NCBI GenBank assembly: GCA_030628905.1
Contig: DAOVQB010000003.1
Location: forward strand, 9-64,008
Length of the DNA stretch: 64,000 nucleotides
From: Candidatus Eiseniibacteriota bacterium
GTDB lineage: Bacteria > Eisenbacteria > RBG-16-71-46 > CAIMUX01 > WJJG01
Reading direction: 5' to 3'
This document shows positions 29,503 to 38,947 of this stretch, piece by piece. Within the stretch, counting starts at the first letter, position 1. Every line of letters begins with the position of its first letter. The notes below the pieces were generated by a model. It was not told where the DNA came from and did not search any database. It saw nothing but the letters and a program-made list of their open reading frames with translations. The translations under genes were made by a program, and so were the position numbers.

Positions 29503-30573
29503 ATGGCAAAGAAAGGCAAACATGTCCATGTCGTGGGTACTGGAACAATTGGTGAGCCCCTACTCGGGCTCCTCTGCCACTATCGCGAGGAGCTGGGCAT
29601 TGAGGCAATCAGCTTCAACAAGAAGCAAGCGCTCACCTACGACCGCCCCAAGGTCAAGAACCTGATCAGGCGCGGGGCCCATCTAACGGCAGACCCGGAG
29701 ATGATCCCCAAGTTCGAAGAGCTAGGGATGAAGATCTCCTACGACTACGAGGAGGCCCTGAAGCTGGCCGATGTCGTCATTGACTGCACACCCGCGGGCA
29801 ACAAGAACAAGGAAAGCTACTATCAAAGGCATGAAAAATCGACAATGGGCTTCGTGGCTCAGGGCAGTGAGTTCGGCTTTGGGAAGATGTATGCCCGCGG
29901 CATTAACGACGAGGCACTTGAGCGGGGCAAGGACAAGTACATCCACGTGGTCTCCTGCAATACACACAACCTCGCAGTCCTGATCGACACACTCGCCCTG
30001 CAGGAAAAAGATCCCGCGAACCTGGTCCAAGGACGCTTTGTACTGATCCGGAGAGCCAACGACATCAGCCAAGACAGCAAGTTCATCCCCGCTCCACAGG
30101 TCGGCAAACACAACGACGAACGTTTCGGAACGCACCATGCCCGCGATGCCTACCACCTCTTCAACACCCTGGGCTACGAGCTGCCGATCTTTAGCTCAGC
30201 CATGAAGATGAACAGCCAGTACATGCATGCGATGTGGTTCAGCATCAAGCTGCGGGAGAAGATCACGTTGCCTCAGGTCATCTCCAGGCTGCGCGAGAAT
30301 CAGCGCATCGCCCTCACCGAGAAGATCTCGAGCAACTCGATCTTCTCCTTCGGGCGAGACCAGGGTCATTATGGACGGATCTTGAACCAGACTGTGGTTT
30401 CGGTGCCCACGCTAGCTGTCAGAGAGGATCATGAGATCGTGGGGTTCACATTCACCCCGCAGGATGGCAACTCGCTCCTCTCTTCTGTGGCCATCATCAC
30501 CTGGTTCCTGTACCCGGATGACTATATAGAGCGCCTGCAACCCCTGCGCAGCTTCTTCTTCGAGGAGATATAG
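29503..30573 (+). CDS. Type II (archaeal-type) glyceraldehyde-3-phosphate dehydrogenase homologue
   Basis: VVGTGTIG Rossmann motif, VIDCTPAG, HVVSCNTHNL (cf. archaeal VSCNTTGL), IRRANDI, THHARDA. Collinear with archaeal GAPDH. Confidence 0.65.
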   Translation: MAKKGKHVHVVGTGTIGEPLLGLLCHYREELGIEAISFNKKQALTYDRPKVKNLIRRGAHLTADPEMIPKFEELGMKISYDYEEALKLADVVIDCTPAGNKNKESYYQRHEKSTMGFVAQGSEFGFGKMYARGINDEALERGKDKYIHVVSCNTHNLAVLIDTLALQEKDPANLVQGRFVLIRRANDISQDSKFIPAPQVGKHNDERFGTHHARDAYHLFNTLGYELPIFSSAMKMNSQYMHAMWFSIKLREKITLPQVISRLRENQRIALTEKISSNSIFSFGRDQGHYGRILNQTVVSVPTLAVREDHEIVGFTFTPQDGNSLLSSVAIITWFLYPDDYIERLQPLRSFFFEEI

Positions 30574-30584
30574 CCCTAATGCGG

Positions 30585-30639
30585 CCCTAATCCTCGCGCG
30601 GTGACGAAGGCGTAGATTCTTGCGCGAGCCCTTAGGGCG
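30585..30639. terminator. GC-rich inverted repeat between convergent genes (ccctaatcctcgcgcg ... cgcgcgagcccttaggg); putative bidirectional terminator/REP-like hairpin
   Basis: Direct reading. Member of the recurring 'TTAGGGCTCGCGCAAGCCC' hairpin family. Confidence 0.4.
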
Positions 30640-30645
30640 GACTTG

Positions 30646-31212
30646 CTAGCGAACCTGCTGCTTCTTCTGAAGGAGCTCAAGGAATTCGCCGCGTGTGGCG
30701 CGGTCTTCGCGGAAGTCTCCCAGCACGGCGCTCGTGGTCATGTATGCGTTTTGCTTCTCTACGCCGCGCATCGCCATGCAGAGATGGAAAGCCTCAAGAA
30801 CAACGGCCACTCCCCTTGGTCGGATTGCGTCCTGAACGCAGTCAGCGATTTGATTGGTCAAGCGCTCCTGAAGCTGAAGCCGCTGTGAAAAGAGATTCAC
30901 AATGCGCGGGATCTTACTCAGCCCAATCAACCGGCCATCCGGGATGTAGGCGACATGGGCCTTGCCGAAGAAGGGCAGCATGTGATGCTCGCACAGGCTA
31001 TAGAAGTCGATATCCTTGACGATCACCATCTGGTCATACGGCTCTTCAAAGATGGCGCCGTTCAGAATATCCTCCAGACGCTGCCGTGAGCCCTGCGTTA
31101 GGAACCTGAGTGCATCGGCCACCCGTGCGGGTGTCCTCTCCAGTCCCGGTCGGCGTGGGTCCTCGCCCAGTGCGCGCAACAGATCCTCAATAATCGTCCG
31201 GATCCCCTCCAT
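30646..31212 (-). CDS. folE: GTP cyclohydrolase I
   Basis: ...[18 protein letters not shown]...RLQLQERLT... FolE signatures. Confidence 0.9.
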   Translation of the reverse strand: MEGIRTIIEDLLRALGEDPRRPGLERTPARVADALRFLTQGSRQRLEDILNGAIFEEPYDQMVIVKDIDFYSLCEHHMLPFFGKAHVAYIPDGRLIGLSKIPRIVNLFSQRLQLQERLTNQIADCVQDAIRPRGVAVVLEAFHLCMAMRGVEKQNAYMTTSAVLGDFREDRATRGEFLELLQKKQQVR

Positions 31213-31262
31213 CGATTTACTCCTCGGTCGGTGTTTCTGGATGTCGGCTTGAATCGGATCTT

Positions 31263-31280
31263 AGGGCTCGCGCGAGCCCT
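31263..31280. repeat. Perfect 18-bp palindrome AGGGCTCGCGCGAGCCCT overlapping the nrnA stop codon (REP/terminator-like hairpin)
   Basis: Direct reading. Confidence 0.6.
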
Positions 31281-32329
31281 TACTCGTCGCCGCGCCCCTT
31301 GCGCCTGCGCTCGCCGTCCAGCTCCAACTCGGCGCTTACACGGGCGAGCACGGTGCTGATGGCCTCCTTCAGCGATCCTTGTATAGTCACGCCCGAAGCC
31401 GTCGGACGTCCCCCACCGCCAAGTCTTTCGGCCAAGAGGCCTACGTCCGGTTCTCCTTTGGAGCGGAACGTGACCTTAACTTCCGTGCTCAGAATCTCGC
31501 GGAAAACCACTGCCAGTTCAACACCCCGGATGGTCATGAGGTTGTCGATGATGCCATCGGCATCGACCGTCGTGGTGCCCGTTCGGGCAAACATGTCGCG
31601 CGTGACATACGTCCAGGCCATCCTCCCCTTCGGGTCGCTGACGACACGGCTGAGCGCGGCGGTGAGCAACTCCACTCGGGAAAAGGACTCATTCTCAAAA
31701 AGGCGCGCCGCCGTTTCGGTGTGACTGGCACCCCGCCGGATCAGCTCACAGGCGATCAGGAGGGTCTCATCGCGTGTATTCCTGAATCGGAAGCCGCCCG
31801 TATCGAACAGAATCGAGGCATAGAGCGCCGAAGCCATGGGTGTATCGATCTTGGCACCTGTGGCCAGGAAGTAGCGGTAGAGGACTGCGCCGGTCGCACT
31901 GGCATCCGTATCAATCAGAGCCAACTCGTCGATGGGAGTAGCGCTGTGGTGATGGTCAAAGCAGATCTTGAGAACCGACGACTGCTGGAGGACATCCCCA
32001 AGGCGGCCCATATAGTCCCAGTTACTCACGTCGAGTATTATGATCAGGTCATGTTCGGGGATCTGCTGGTGGCCCACACACCACGCCTCCCTAGGGATCC
32101 CGGAGAGATCGATAAGGAACTGATAGATCTCCTGAACCTCCGTTGGATTGCAGACGCACACCGCCTTGCCCAACCCGGAAAGATGCCGAGCCATGGCCGA
32201 CTCGGAACCGACTGAATCAGCTTCAGGGAAGATATGGGAGACCAGCAGGATCTGCTGCGCAGCAGCAATCCGCTCCCGCGCCCGTTCGCAGAACTCAATC
32301 AGACCTTTCGGCATGCTCGCATTGTGCAT
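31280..32329 (-). CDS. nrnA: DHH-family oligoribonuclease / pAp phosphatase NrnA
   Basis: DHH motifs (DHHHSA), DHHA1 C-terminal domain with GGGH. Confidence 0.85.
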   Translation of the reverse strand: MHNASMPKGLIEFCERARERIAAAQQILLVSHIFPEADSVGSESAMARHLSGLGKAVCVCNPTEVQEIYQFLIDLSGIPREAWCVGHQQIPEHDLIIILDVSNWDYMGRLGDVLQQSSVLKICFDHHHSATPIDELALIDTDASATGAVLYRYFLATGAKIDTPMASALYASILFDTGGFRFRNTRDETLLIACELIRRGASHTETAARLFENESFSRVELLTAALSRVVSDPKGRMAWTYVTRDMFARTGTTTVDADGIIDNLMTIRGVELAVVFREILSTEVKVTFRSKGEPDVGLLAERLGGGGRPTASGVTIQGSLKEAISTVLARVSAELELDGERRRKGRGDE

Positions 32330-32358
32330 GGCGCAGATTATTCCCGGTCCGGCGCGGG

Positions 32359-34179
32359 CTATTGTAGAAGAGACAGCAAGCTGGTATCGATGTCGCGCTG
32401 CATCAGCGGACGAGCTGCTTCTTCCAGCTCCTGGATGCAGGCACGCATCTCCGCGAAGTCTGCGCCTTCCATGACCTCTTCGAGTTCCCGGGATTTCTTG
32501 TCGATGAGCTGTCTCTCGTCGCGCGTCATCACTCCTACGCTCCTGCGGGCAAGCTCCCGGAGCGTGTCCAGGACAAACCTGCTGCGCTGGCGTAGCTCAA
32601 GATACAGCTCCTCCTGAAATCCGCTTTCCTTTGCTGCGGGCAAGGACTCCAGCATTGCCTCCACAACGGAAGAGGCCAATCCCCGGGCAGGCCGCACGTC
32701 CAGACCAAGGGGCTTTGACCGTGTGGTCTCGTTCGCACTGATCTCAAGGATGCCATCCTCATCCGGCTCGAAGGATACCTCTAGTGCTGGAATACCGGCT
32801 TTCATCGGCGGGATCTGGGAAAGCTCGATGCGTGCCAGTGGCGCCCACTTCAGCCCCTCATTTCCGAAGAGCTGAACCGCAACCTGGGTCTGCCTTTCAA
32901 GATAGGTGGTATAAATGTCCCGCTTGCCCGCAGGCAGCGCGATACCGCGCTCCAGGATGGCACTCACCGAACCACCGGCGCCTTCAAGACCCAACCCGCA
33001 GGGAAGCGCATCGAGAACCAGGAGATCGGAACCATCGCGGTTCAGGATACGCGCTCGCATGCAAGCCCCAAGAACAGCGGCTTCCTCTGCATTGAACCCC
33101 TCAGCCACACTTCTCCCGAGGAATCCCGACAGGTGAGTGGAGAGGTCTGCGATGCGCGTCATGCCGCCCGCCAGGACCAGCGTATCGATATCTCCCTTGA
33201 GCATTCCGGCGTCGCTAAGGAGGCGATCGCAAAGCTGCTCGGCCTCGGCCACAAGCGGAGCAAGCCAGGACTTGAGATCCTCTGCCGTGTATGTATGACG
33301 GACCACTCCAGCCCCACCTGCCAACTGGACGCTGATCTCAGCCTTTCCGCGTTCGGCAAGCACCCGCTTCGCAGACTCCGCGACGCCAAGCAGGTGACGG
33401 GCCACGTGCGCTTCGTGCTGCAGCGTGCCAACCTGATCGCGGATCCGCGACATGAAGTCCCGGGCGATCTGGAGATCGATGAGATCCCCACCGGCGCTCT
33501 TGGTCCCCGCGGTGGCAATGACCTTTACGAGATCAGTCTTCAGCTCGAGGATTGAGGCGCTCAAGTAGCCGGCGCCCCAGCAGCAGACCGCGATGCGTCC
33601 GCGACCGCCACTGGCCACCCACGCGAGGGCGGTAGCCGTTGGTTCATCAATCAACCGGACCCTCTGAAACCCCGCCATCCGAGCCGCCAGCCGCATCACC
33701 TGACGGTCGAAGGGCGAGAAGCAGACCGGTACAGTGACCACCGCGGAATGCACGGGCCGTTCGAGGGAGATCTCCGCAGTCCGTCGCAGGAAAGCCAAGT
33801 ATTGAGCGACGAGTTCGATCGCGGAGCGCATGCGCCCCCCTGCGTTGATCCGCAGCATAGATCCGGACGCGGTCTCAATCTGATGTGGAAAGAAAGCGCC
33901 TCGCTCCCCCAGTTCTTCTAAGCTGGCTGTCAGGAGCGACCTAATCGACAGCACGGTGTGCTCCGGGTGAAGCATCTGGCGATCGCGGGCCTGGGCACCC
34001 GCCAGCACTCCCCCTCCAGCCGAGACTGCCAGCACGGAGGGAATCCGCGCATCTCCTGCAAGGTCGGTAACCAGAGCTGAACCGCTACCACGCGCGTAGG
34101 CGATCCGGCTTGCACTGGTGCCGAAGTCAAAGGCCATGAAACCCTGATCCGTTCTTGATCCTGTTGGTCGCTTAGGCAA
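32359..34179 (-). CDS. Divergent Hsp70-family (HscA/HscC-like) chaperone
   Basis: FDFGTSAS (phosphate 1), IDEPTATALAW, VLAGGMTRIADL (adenosine motif). Phosphate-2 motif degenerate (CCWGAGYLSASI). Confidence 0.75.
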   Translation of the reverse strand: MPKRPTGSRTDQGFMAFDFGTSASRIAYARGSGSALVTDLAGDARIPSVLAVSAGGGVLAGAQARDRQMLHPEHTVLSIRSLLTASLEELGERGAFFPHQIETASGSMLRINAGGRMRSAIELVAQYLAFLRRTAEISLERPVHSAVVTVPVCFSPFDRQVMRLAARMAGFQRVRLIDEPTATALAWVASGGRGRIAVCCWGAGYLSASILELKTDLVKVIATAGTKSAGGDLIDLQIARDFMSRIRDQVGTLQHEAHVARHLLGVAESAKRVLAERGKAEISVQLAGGAGVVRHTYTAEDLKSWLAPLVAEAEQLCDRLLSDAGMLKGDIDTLVLAGGMTRIADLSTHLSGFLGRSVAEGFNAEEAAVLGACMRARILNRDGSDLLVLDALPCGLGLEGAGGSVSAILERGIALPAGKRDIYTTYLERQTQVAVQLFGNEGLKWAPLARIELSQIPPMKAGIPALEVSFEPDEDGILEISANETTRSKPLGLDVRPARGLASSVVEAMLESLPAAKESGFQEELYLELRQRSRFVLDTLRELARRSVGVMTRDERQLIDKKSRELEEVMEGADFAEMRACIQELEEAARPLMQRDIDTSLLSLLQ

Positions 34180-34217
34180 TGGCCCTCCCCCTTGCCGGCT
34201 TAATCTATTGTCCGCTC

Positions 34218-34910
34218 CTATTTGACCGATCCGGCCTCTGAGACTTCCTGCCAGTCTCTGCCAGTGTGCATCCTGGTCGTCAAGGCATCCAGGTACTCCC
34301 GCTCACCTAACCAGCGGATGGCCTGCTCATACCAGCCATCGGAGACCTGCGGCCACGCCATCGGGGCGTTGCCCACGGCGTTATCCCATTCCACGACCAG
34401 GCCCGCGCGGACTGATTCGGAATGCTCCTGCGCCTTTTCCACCTGCACCTGAAGCGAAGCCAGGTGATCCTGATGCGCCTCCCAGGTTTCCCGATCCGCA
34501 CTGCTGCGCGCCTTTTCCACTGTGCGCAGGACCCGGTCGACAATCTGCGCAGACTCCTGAAGACCATCCGGCACCGTGCGCGTCAGCTCTCGAGAATGCC
34601 CGGTGGCGGCCAGAACGTAGCGCAGTCGCCCAATCGGATCCCGCAGTTCCCGGTAGGCATCATTGAGCGTTCTCATCGCGCGACGGGCCGCGGTCAGGAC
34701 GCGCTCATCCATATGGGCCCAGAACAGATCGGGATGGCACTTCTGAGCCAGCTGTTCATAACTCCGCTGCAGCTCCGCAGCATCCCAGTTGAGGCGCGGG
34801 GCCAACCCCAGCACTTCAAATGCACCGAGGAACTCGGTCGGTTGTGGCATGCCGCAGCGGGCGCAAAGCAACGCTTCATCCAATGCGCTCTGGCAATTCC
34901 AGCATTTCAT
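34218..34910 (-). CDS. J-domain co-chaperone, HscB-like, with N-terminal Cys4 zinc ribbon
   Basis: CWNCQ...CARCG zinc ribbon, J-domain HPD motif (KCHPDLF), C-terminal helical domain. Immediately upstream of the Hsp70-like gene. Confidence 0.6.
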   Translation of the reverse strand: MKCWNCQSALDEALLCARCGMPQPTEFLGAFEVLGLAPRLNWDAAELQRSYEQLAQKCHPDLFWAHMDERVLTAARRAMRTLNDAYRELRDPIGRLRYVLAATGHSRELTRTVPDGLQESAQIVDRVLRTVEKARSSADRETWEAHQDHLASLQVQVEKAQEHSESVRAGLVVEWDNAVGNAPMAWPQVSDGWYEQAIRWLGEREYLDALTTRMHTGRDWQEVSEAGSVK

Positions 34911-35192
34911 AGTCAGAGACACCCTTCCCAGAAATCCATCTCTACCCCACCCGATAGCCACCAATCTCCACTACCCCGCAGGCTGGAGATGGCCGGGGTT
35001 CCACCAAACGGCAATTCGGCTATGCTAGGGTGCGCAGTATGAGGCTGTCAATGCCGCGTGTGGAGTGTAGCCCATGATGCGAGAGATCTATCGCGCCCGT
35101 GCCGATATCGATGAGGGACCAGTATCAGTTTGGGAGGCGGCAGGTCGGAGCGGGCGCACTCGTTCCATGCGGGCAAGACTGGAGTGGAAGGT

Positions 35193-35780
35193 ATGGCAGA
35201 TGAGAGCCCCCTGCATCCCGGAGGCGGCATAGTCCTCTCTATGCCCCGCCCTGTCCCTAACTGGAGCGGGCAGATTCTGGAATATCTCTTCCTCTTGGGA
35301 GCCACCCTCTGGCTCGGGGTTCATGGATCCACCGCGCTTCTGACCATCCCCCTGCTCGCCAAGTCGGCGGCCCCATCGTTCGAGGTGGCCAGGCTCATGA
35401 TCTGGCTTCTCGAGGTGACGCTCTACGCAGCCACGATCGCTTCGGTCCTCCTGCTTCTGAGCACCCTCGGAATGCACGCGTTGGGTCTCCGGCCACCTCG
35501 CACGATCCTCCTGCAATTAGTGTTCATCTTGCTGATGACCTTGGCCGCGATCGGCCCACAGCTCTGGATCGTTCCCAAGCTGTCGTCGCTCCTGCGTATG
35601 GCGGCGCTATCACTGGAAGGTCCTGGACTTGAGGCCAGGAATGTTCTCGCGCAAGCCACGGCAGGCGTGGGCGCCATGGGGCTGCTGCATGTTTTCTCGG
35701 GCGCGGTGCTTCTCAGTCTGGCCGTCCGCCGGGCCTACTGCTATCCCCACGATGCGAAGCCAGTTCGGGACATTCATTAG
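35193..35780 (+). CDS. Integral membrane protein (DUF4149-like), hypothetical
   Basis: About four predicted TM helices; start uncertain (ATG 35130/35193/35244). Confidence 0.45.
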   Translation: MADESPLHPGGGIVLSMPRPVPNWSGQILEYLFLLGATLWLGVHGSTALLTIPLLAKSAAPSFEVARLMIWLLEVTLYAATIASVLLLLSTLGMHALGLRPPRTILLQLVFILLMTLAAIGPQLWIVPKLSSLLRMAALSLEGPGLEARNVLAQATAGVGAMGLLHVFSGAVLLSLAVRRAYCYPHDAKPVRDIH

Positions 35781-35800
35781 GGGCTCGCGCAAGCCCTAGG
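35781..35800. terminator. GC-rich near-palindrome GGGCTCGCGCAAGCCC between convergent genes
   Basis: Direct reading; spans both stop codons' vicinity. Confidence 0.4.
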
Positions 35801-37112
35801 GGCACTGCCGCTGTTGGCCCTTGAGCGTGTGGGATGTGGCCGCTGTGATCTCGACACTCACAATCTGGCCCACACTGAGCTTGCGTCCTGGAAGTGGCTG
35901 AAAAACGGTGTTCTTGAAATCATCTCCCCTGCCGAAGAGCAACCCCCCGGAACCCTTGGCCGGTCCCTCCACGAGCACCTCCAATGTGGAGCCCACGCAG
36001 GCGGAGAAGCGCTGGAGTGAATGGCTTTCTTGGAGGGCGATGACCTCCTCCAACCGCCGCCGCTTCTCATGAGCAGGCACGTCGTCATCGAGGAATCGCG
36101 CGGCGTACGTGCGCTCCCGGGCAGAGTATGCAAACATAAAGGCGCTGTCGAAGCGCACGGTCTCCATGACACCGATCGTCTGGCGGAAGTCCTCTTGGGT
36201 TTCACCTGGGAAACCTACCATCAGGTCGGTCGTGATCCCCACGCCAGGCAAGGTTACCCGGGCATGCTCGATGAGTTCAATATACTGCTCTCGCGTGTAG
36301 CCACGCCGCATCATGTCCAGAATCCGGTTGGATCCGGATTGCAGCGGCAGGTGGATGTGGCGTGTCGCCACCGGACAATGACGAAGGGCCTCCAGGAGGC
36401 GTGGGGTGAAATCGGCGGGATGCGGTGAGAGAAACCGGAGCTTCCCTAGGCCGCCCAGTTCTCCAAGGTGCTCGATGAGCCATGCGAAGTCGCGATCTCC
36501 ATCGCGGTATGAGGTCACGCTCTGTCCCAGCAGCGTCACCGCGGTAAACCCCTCTGAGATCACCTTCTCAATGTCACGCCGGATGCTCTCGACTGGCAAG
36601 CTCCGCTCACGACCGCGCGCGAGTGGGACGGCGCAGTAGGTGCATGCCCGATCGCAGCCCCGCATGATACTGACCCAGGCATTCGCCCCCTTGCGCCTGA
36701 TCACGGGAAGCCCATCGTAGGTTTCCGATCGGTCGCGGCGCAGTGCGCATTTCCCATCCACGCCACTGCGCTCCAGCAAGGCAGGTAGGCTGCGATAGGC
36801 ATCGGGACCTGCAAAGAGATCCACCTCAGGCAATCGATCGCGCAGATCCGGGCCAAGATGCTGCGCAAGACAACCGACCAGGGCGATACGCAGCCCCGGT
36901 CTGGCGGCCTTTAGGGATCCCAGACTGCGCACGTGCCCAATCGCCCGCTCGGCCGCCCGCTGGCGCACGGTGCAGGTGTTGATCACGATGAGATCCGCAT
37001 CCTGCACACTCTGCGCGCGCACCCAACCCTTCTTCTCCAAGATGCCGGAGATGAGTTCGGAGTCAGCCAGGTTCATCTGGCAGCCATATGTCTCGATGCA
37101 ATAGGTTCCCAT
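35796..37112 (-). CDS. miaB: tRNA-i6A37 methylthiotransferase MiaB (radical SAM)
   Basis: N-terminal MTTase domain (YCIETYGCQMN), radical SAM CTYCAVP, C-terminal TRAM. Confidence 0.85.
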   Translation of the reverse strand: MGTYCIETYGCQMNLADSELISGILEKKGWVRAQSVQDADLIVINTCTVRQRAAERAIGHVRSLGSLKAARPGLRIALVGCLAQHLGPDLRDRLPEVDLFAGPDAYRSLPALLERSGVDGKCALRRDRSETYDGLPVIRRKGANAWVSIMRGCDRACTYCAVPLARGRERSLPVESIRRDIEKVISEGFTAVTLLGQSVTSYRDGDRDFAWLIEHLGELGGLGKLRFLSPHPADFTPRLLEALRHCPVATRHIHLPLQSGSNRILDMMRRGYTREQYIELIEHARVTLPGVGITTDLMVGFPGETQEDFRQTIGVMETVRFDSAFMFAYSARERTYAARFLDDDVPAHEKRRRLEEVIALQESHSLQRFSACVGSTLEVLVEGPAKGSGGLLFGRGDDFKNTVFQPLPGRKLSVGQIVSVEITAATSHTLKGQQRQCP

Positions 37113-37248
37113 CTGCTTTGAGTGCACTCCAACAGTCAAACCCCGCCTCCTGCTGAGGGTCCTGTACAAACCCGATCTAACGGGCATCTCGATTCTCTGG
37201 CCATGCATCTGCGCCAGGCGTCCGTCCTAGCCCGGTGTGAGATGCGCC

Positions 37249-38658
37249 TTACAGCCCCGGGTGCGACATGCCTTGACCCTGGAATGGGACCCCGTCCTTG
37301 AGCAAGCTGCAGCGCTGCCATCCCGACTCCCCCGGCAACCCCGCGACGACTTCCACCCACTCGCCCCGTGAAAGCCCCCGACCTTGCCCCTCCATCCGCA
37401 CATAGACACCGCTTAGCCCCTCAAATCGCTCTCCCTCAACACGCTCAATCACGAGGAAACAGCGCCTGCCCGCCAGGTGCCGCTGGAACCGGAGGCGAAG
37501 ACGGCGGTCCAGTTCGCGCACCATCTGCACGCGCTGCTTGCGCAGAGCGGGCGGCACGGCGGAGTTCAGCGACTCCGCTGGTGTTCCCGGCCGCTCGGAA
37601 TAGCCGAAGGCGTGGATGTAGGTTGTCGGGAGCCGCTCCAAGAGCTGCAGTGTCCGCGAGAAGGCAGCCTCCGTTTCTCCCGGAAAGCCTACCAAGATGT
37701 CAACCCCCAGGCCGAAGAGGGGCATGCGCTTGGCGATGCTGGCCACCAGCATCTCAATGAAGGAGACATCGTAGGGCCGGCCCATGCGGCGAAGTATCTC
37801 ATCATCGCCTGATTGTATGGCGATGTGAAAATGCCGGGCGACCTTAGACGAATCCGCGATCGCATCCAGCAAGCCTTCCGTAATGGTCATCGGCTCTAGC
37901 GAACTCAGACGAATCCGCTGGAGCGACTCGATTTTCTCCAGCTCACGCAGGAGCCCGTCCAGTTGACCCTCCGGAATGGTGCTGTAGCCCTGCTCGAAGC
38001 CAGCGCCGTAGAGCCCGAGGTTGATCCCGGTGAGGACGATCTCGTGCATACCTGCCTCTGCCAGGCGCCGGGCCTCGCGGAGCACCTCCCCGGGATCACG
38101 GGACCGTGGATCGCCCCTCAGGTGAGGAACAATGCAGAAGCTGCATCGGAAGGGGCACCCGTCCTGGATCTTGAGCGTCGGCCGGCTGCGCCGCGCCGGG
38201 ATGGGTCCGGAGCGAGAGATAAATCGCTCCACGGTCGCATCGGCCTCCCAGCTGATGAGTGCGGCGCCGGACCTCGAACTCTCCGCGCGCTCCTTCGCAA
38301 GCCCCTCGCCAGAGAGCACCCGCTTCAGAATGTGAGGCAGGTTCGTCTTGGCCCGGTTTCCCAATACCAAATCCACTCCTTCCAAGCGGGCCAGCCCGGC
38401 CGGATCGGCTTGGGCAGCACACCCGGTCACGATCAGGAATCCCCCTTGCTTGATGCGCCCTGCCTTGCGGATCTCCTTCCGCGACTTCGCCTGCGCCGAC
38501 GCGGTTACGGCACAGCTGTTGACGAGCACCAGATCAGCTGGCCCGGGGAAGCCAACTTCCTCACCGCCCATCCCAAGCAGAACAGAACGCAGGGCATCGA
38601 ACTCATCCTGGTTGGTACGACACCCTAGAACCGCGATTGCGAACTGGAAGCGATCCAT
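37249..38658 (-). CDS. Radical-SAM methylthiotransferase, MiaB-like paralogue (MtaB/RimO type)
   Basis: AVLGCRTNQ (MTTase N-terminus), CPFRCSFCIVP radical SAM motif. Confidence 0.8.
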   Translation of the reverse strand: MDRFQFAIAVLGCRTNQDEFDALRSVLLGMGGEEVGFPGPADLVLVNSCAVTASAQAKSRKEIRKAGRIKQGGFLIVTGCAAQADPAGLARLEGVDLVLGNRAKTNLPHILKRVLSGEGLAKERAESSRSGAALISWEADATVERFISRSGPIPARRSRPTLKIQDGCPFRCSFCIVPHLRGDPRSRDPGEVLREARRLAEAGMHEIVLTGINLGLYGAGFEQGYSTIPEGQLDGLLRELEKIESLQRIRLSSLEPMTITEGLLDAIADSSKVARHFHIAIQSGDDEILRRMGRPYDVSFIEMLVASIAKRMPLFGLGVDILVGFPGETEAAFSRTLQLLERLPTTYIHAFGYSERPGTPAESLNSAVPPALRKQRVQMVRELDRRLRLRFQRHLAGRRCFLVIERVEGERFEGLSGVYVRMEGQGRGLSRGEWVEVVAGLPGESGWQRCSLLKDGVPFQGQGMSHPGL

Positions 38659-38684
38659 AACCTCCCCGTGGTCATGACACGCGC

Positions 38685-38748
38685 GGGCTCTCCTCCCGCT
38701 GGGCTTTCCTCCCGCCGGGCTCTCCTCCCGCCGGGCTCTCCTCCCGCA
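38685..38748. repeat. 16-bp direct repeat x4 (gggctctcctcccgcc) in a divergent promoter region
   Basis: Units at 38685, 38701, 38717, 38733. Confidence 0.85.
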
Positions 38749-38947
38749 TGTGTTCTTTACATCCCACTCAGTATAAGGTGCAAGAACCTCGCACTCCCAG
38801 CGTGTTCAGCTGGACAACGGCCCAACAGGCGTGCTAATTGGAAGCATTAGCCAATCACGAAGAGCCGCTTTCCCAGGATCGAGGGTTGACGCACGCATCC
38901 AGCGTGAATCGACGGGAGAGGCTTCTTGTGGCCAGGAGGATTCACCA

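Noticed and set aside
38685-38748. Possible CRISPR array
   Set aside because: The 16-bp units are contiguous with no spacers, and there are no cas genes; it is a simple tandem repeat.
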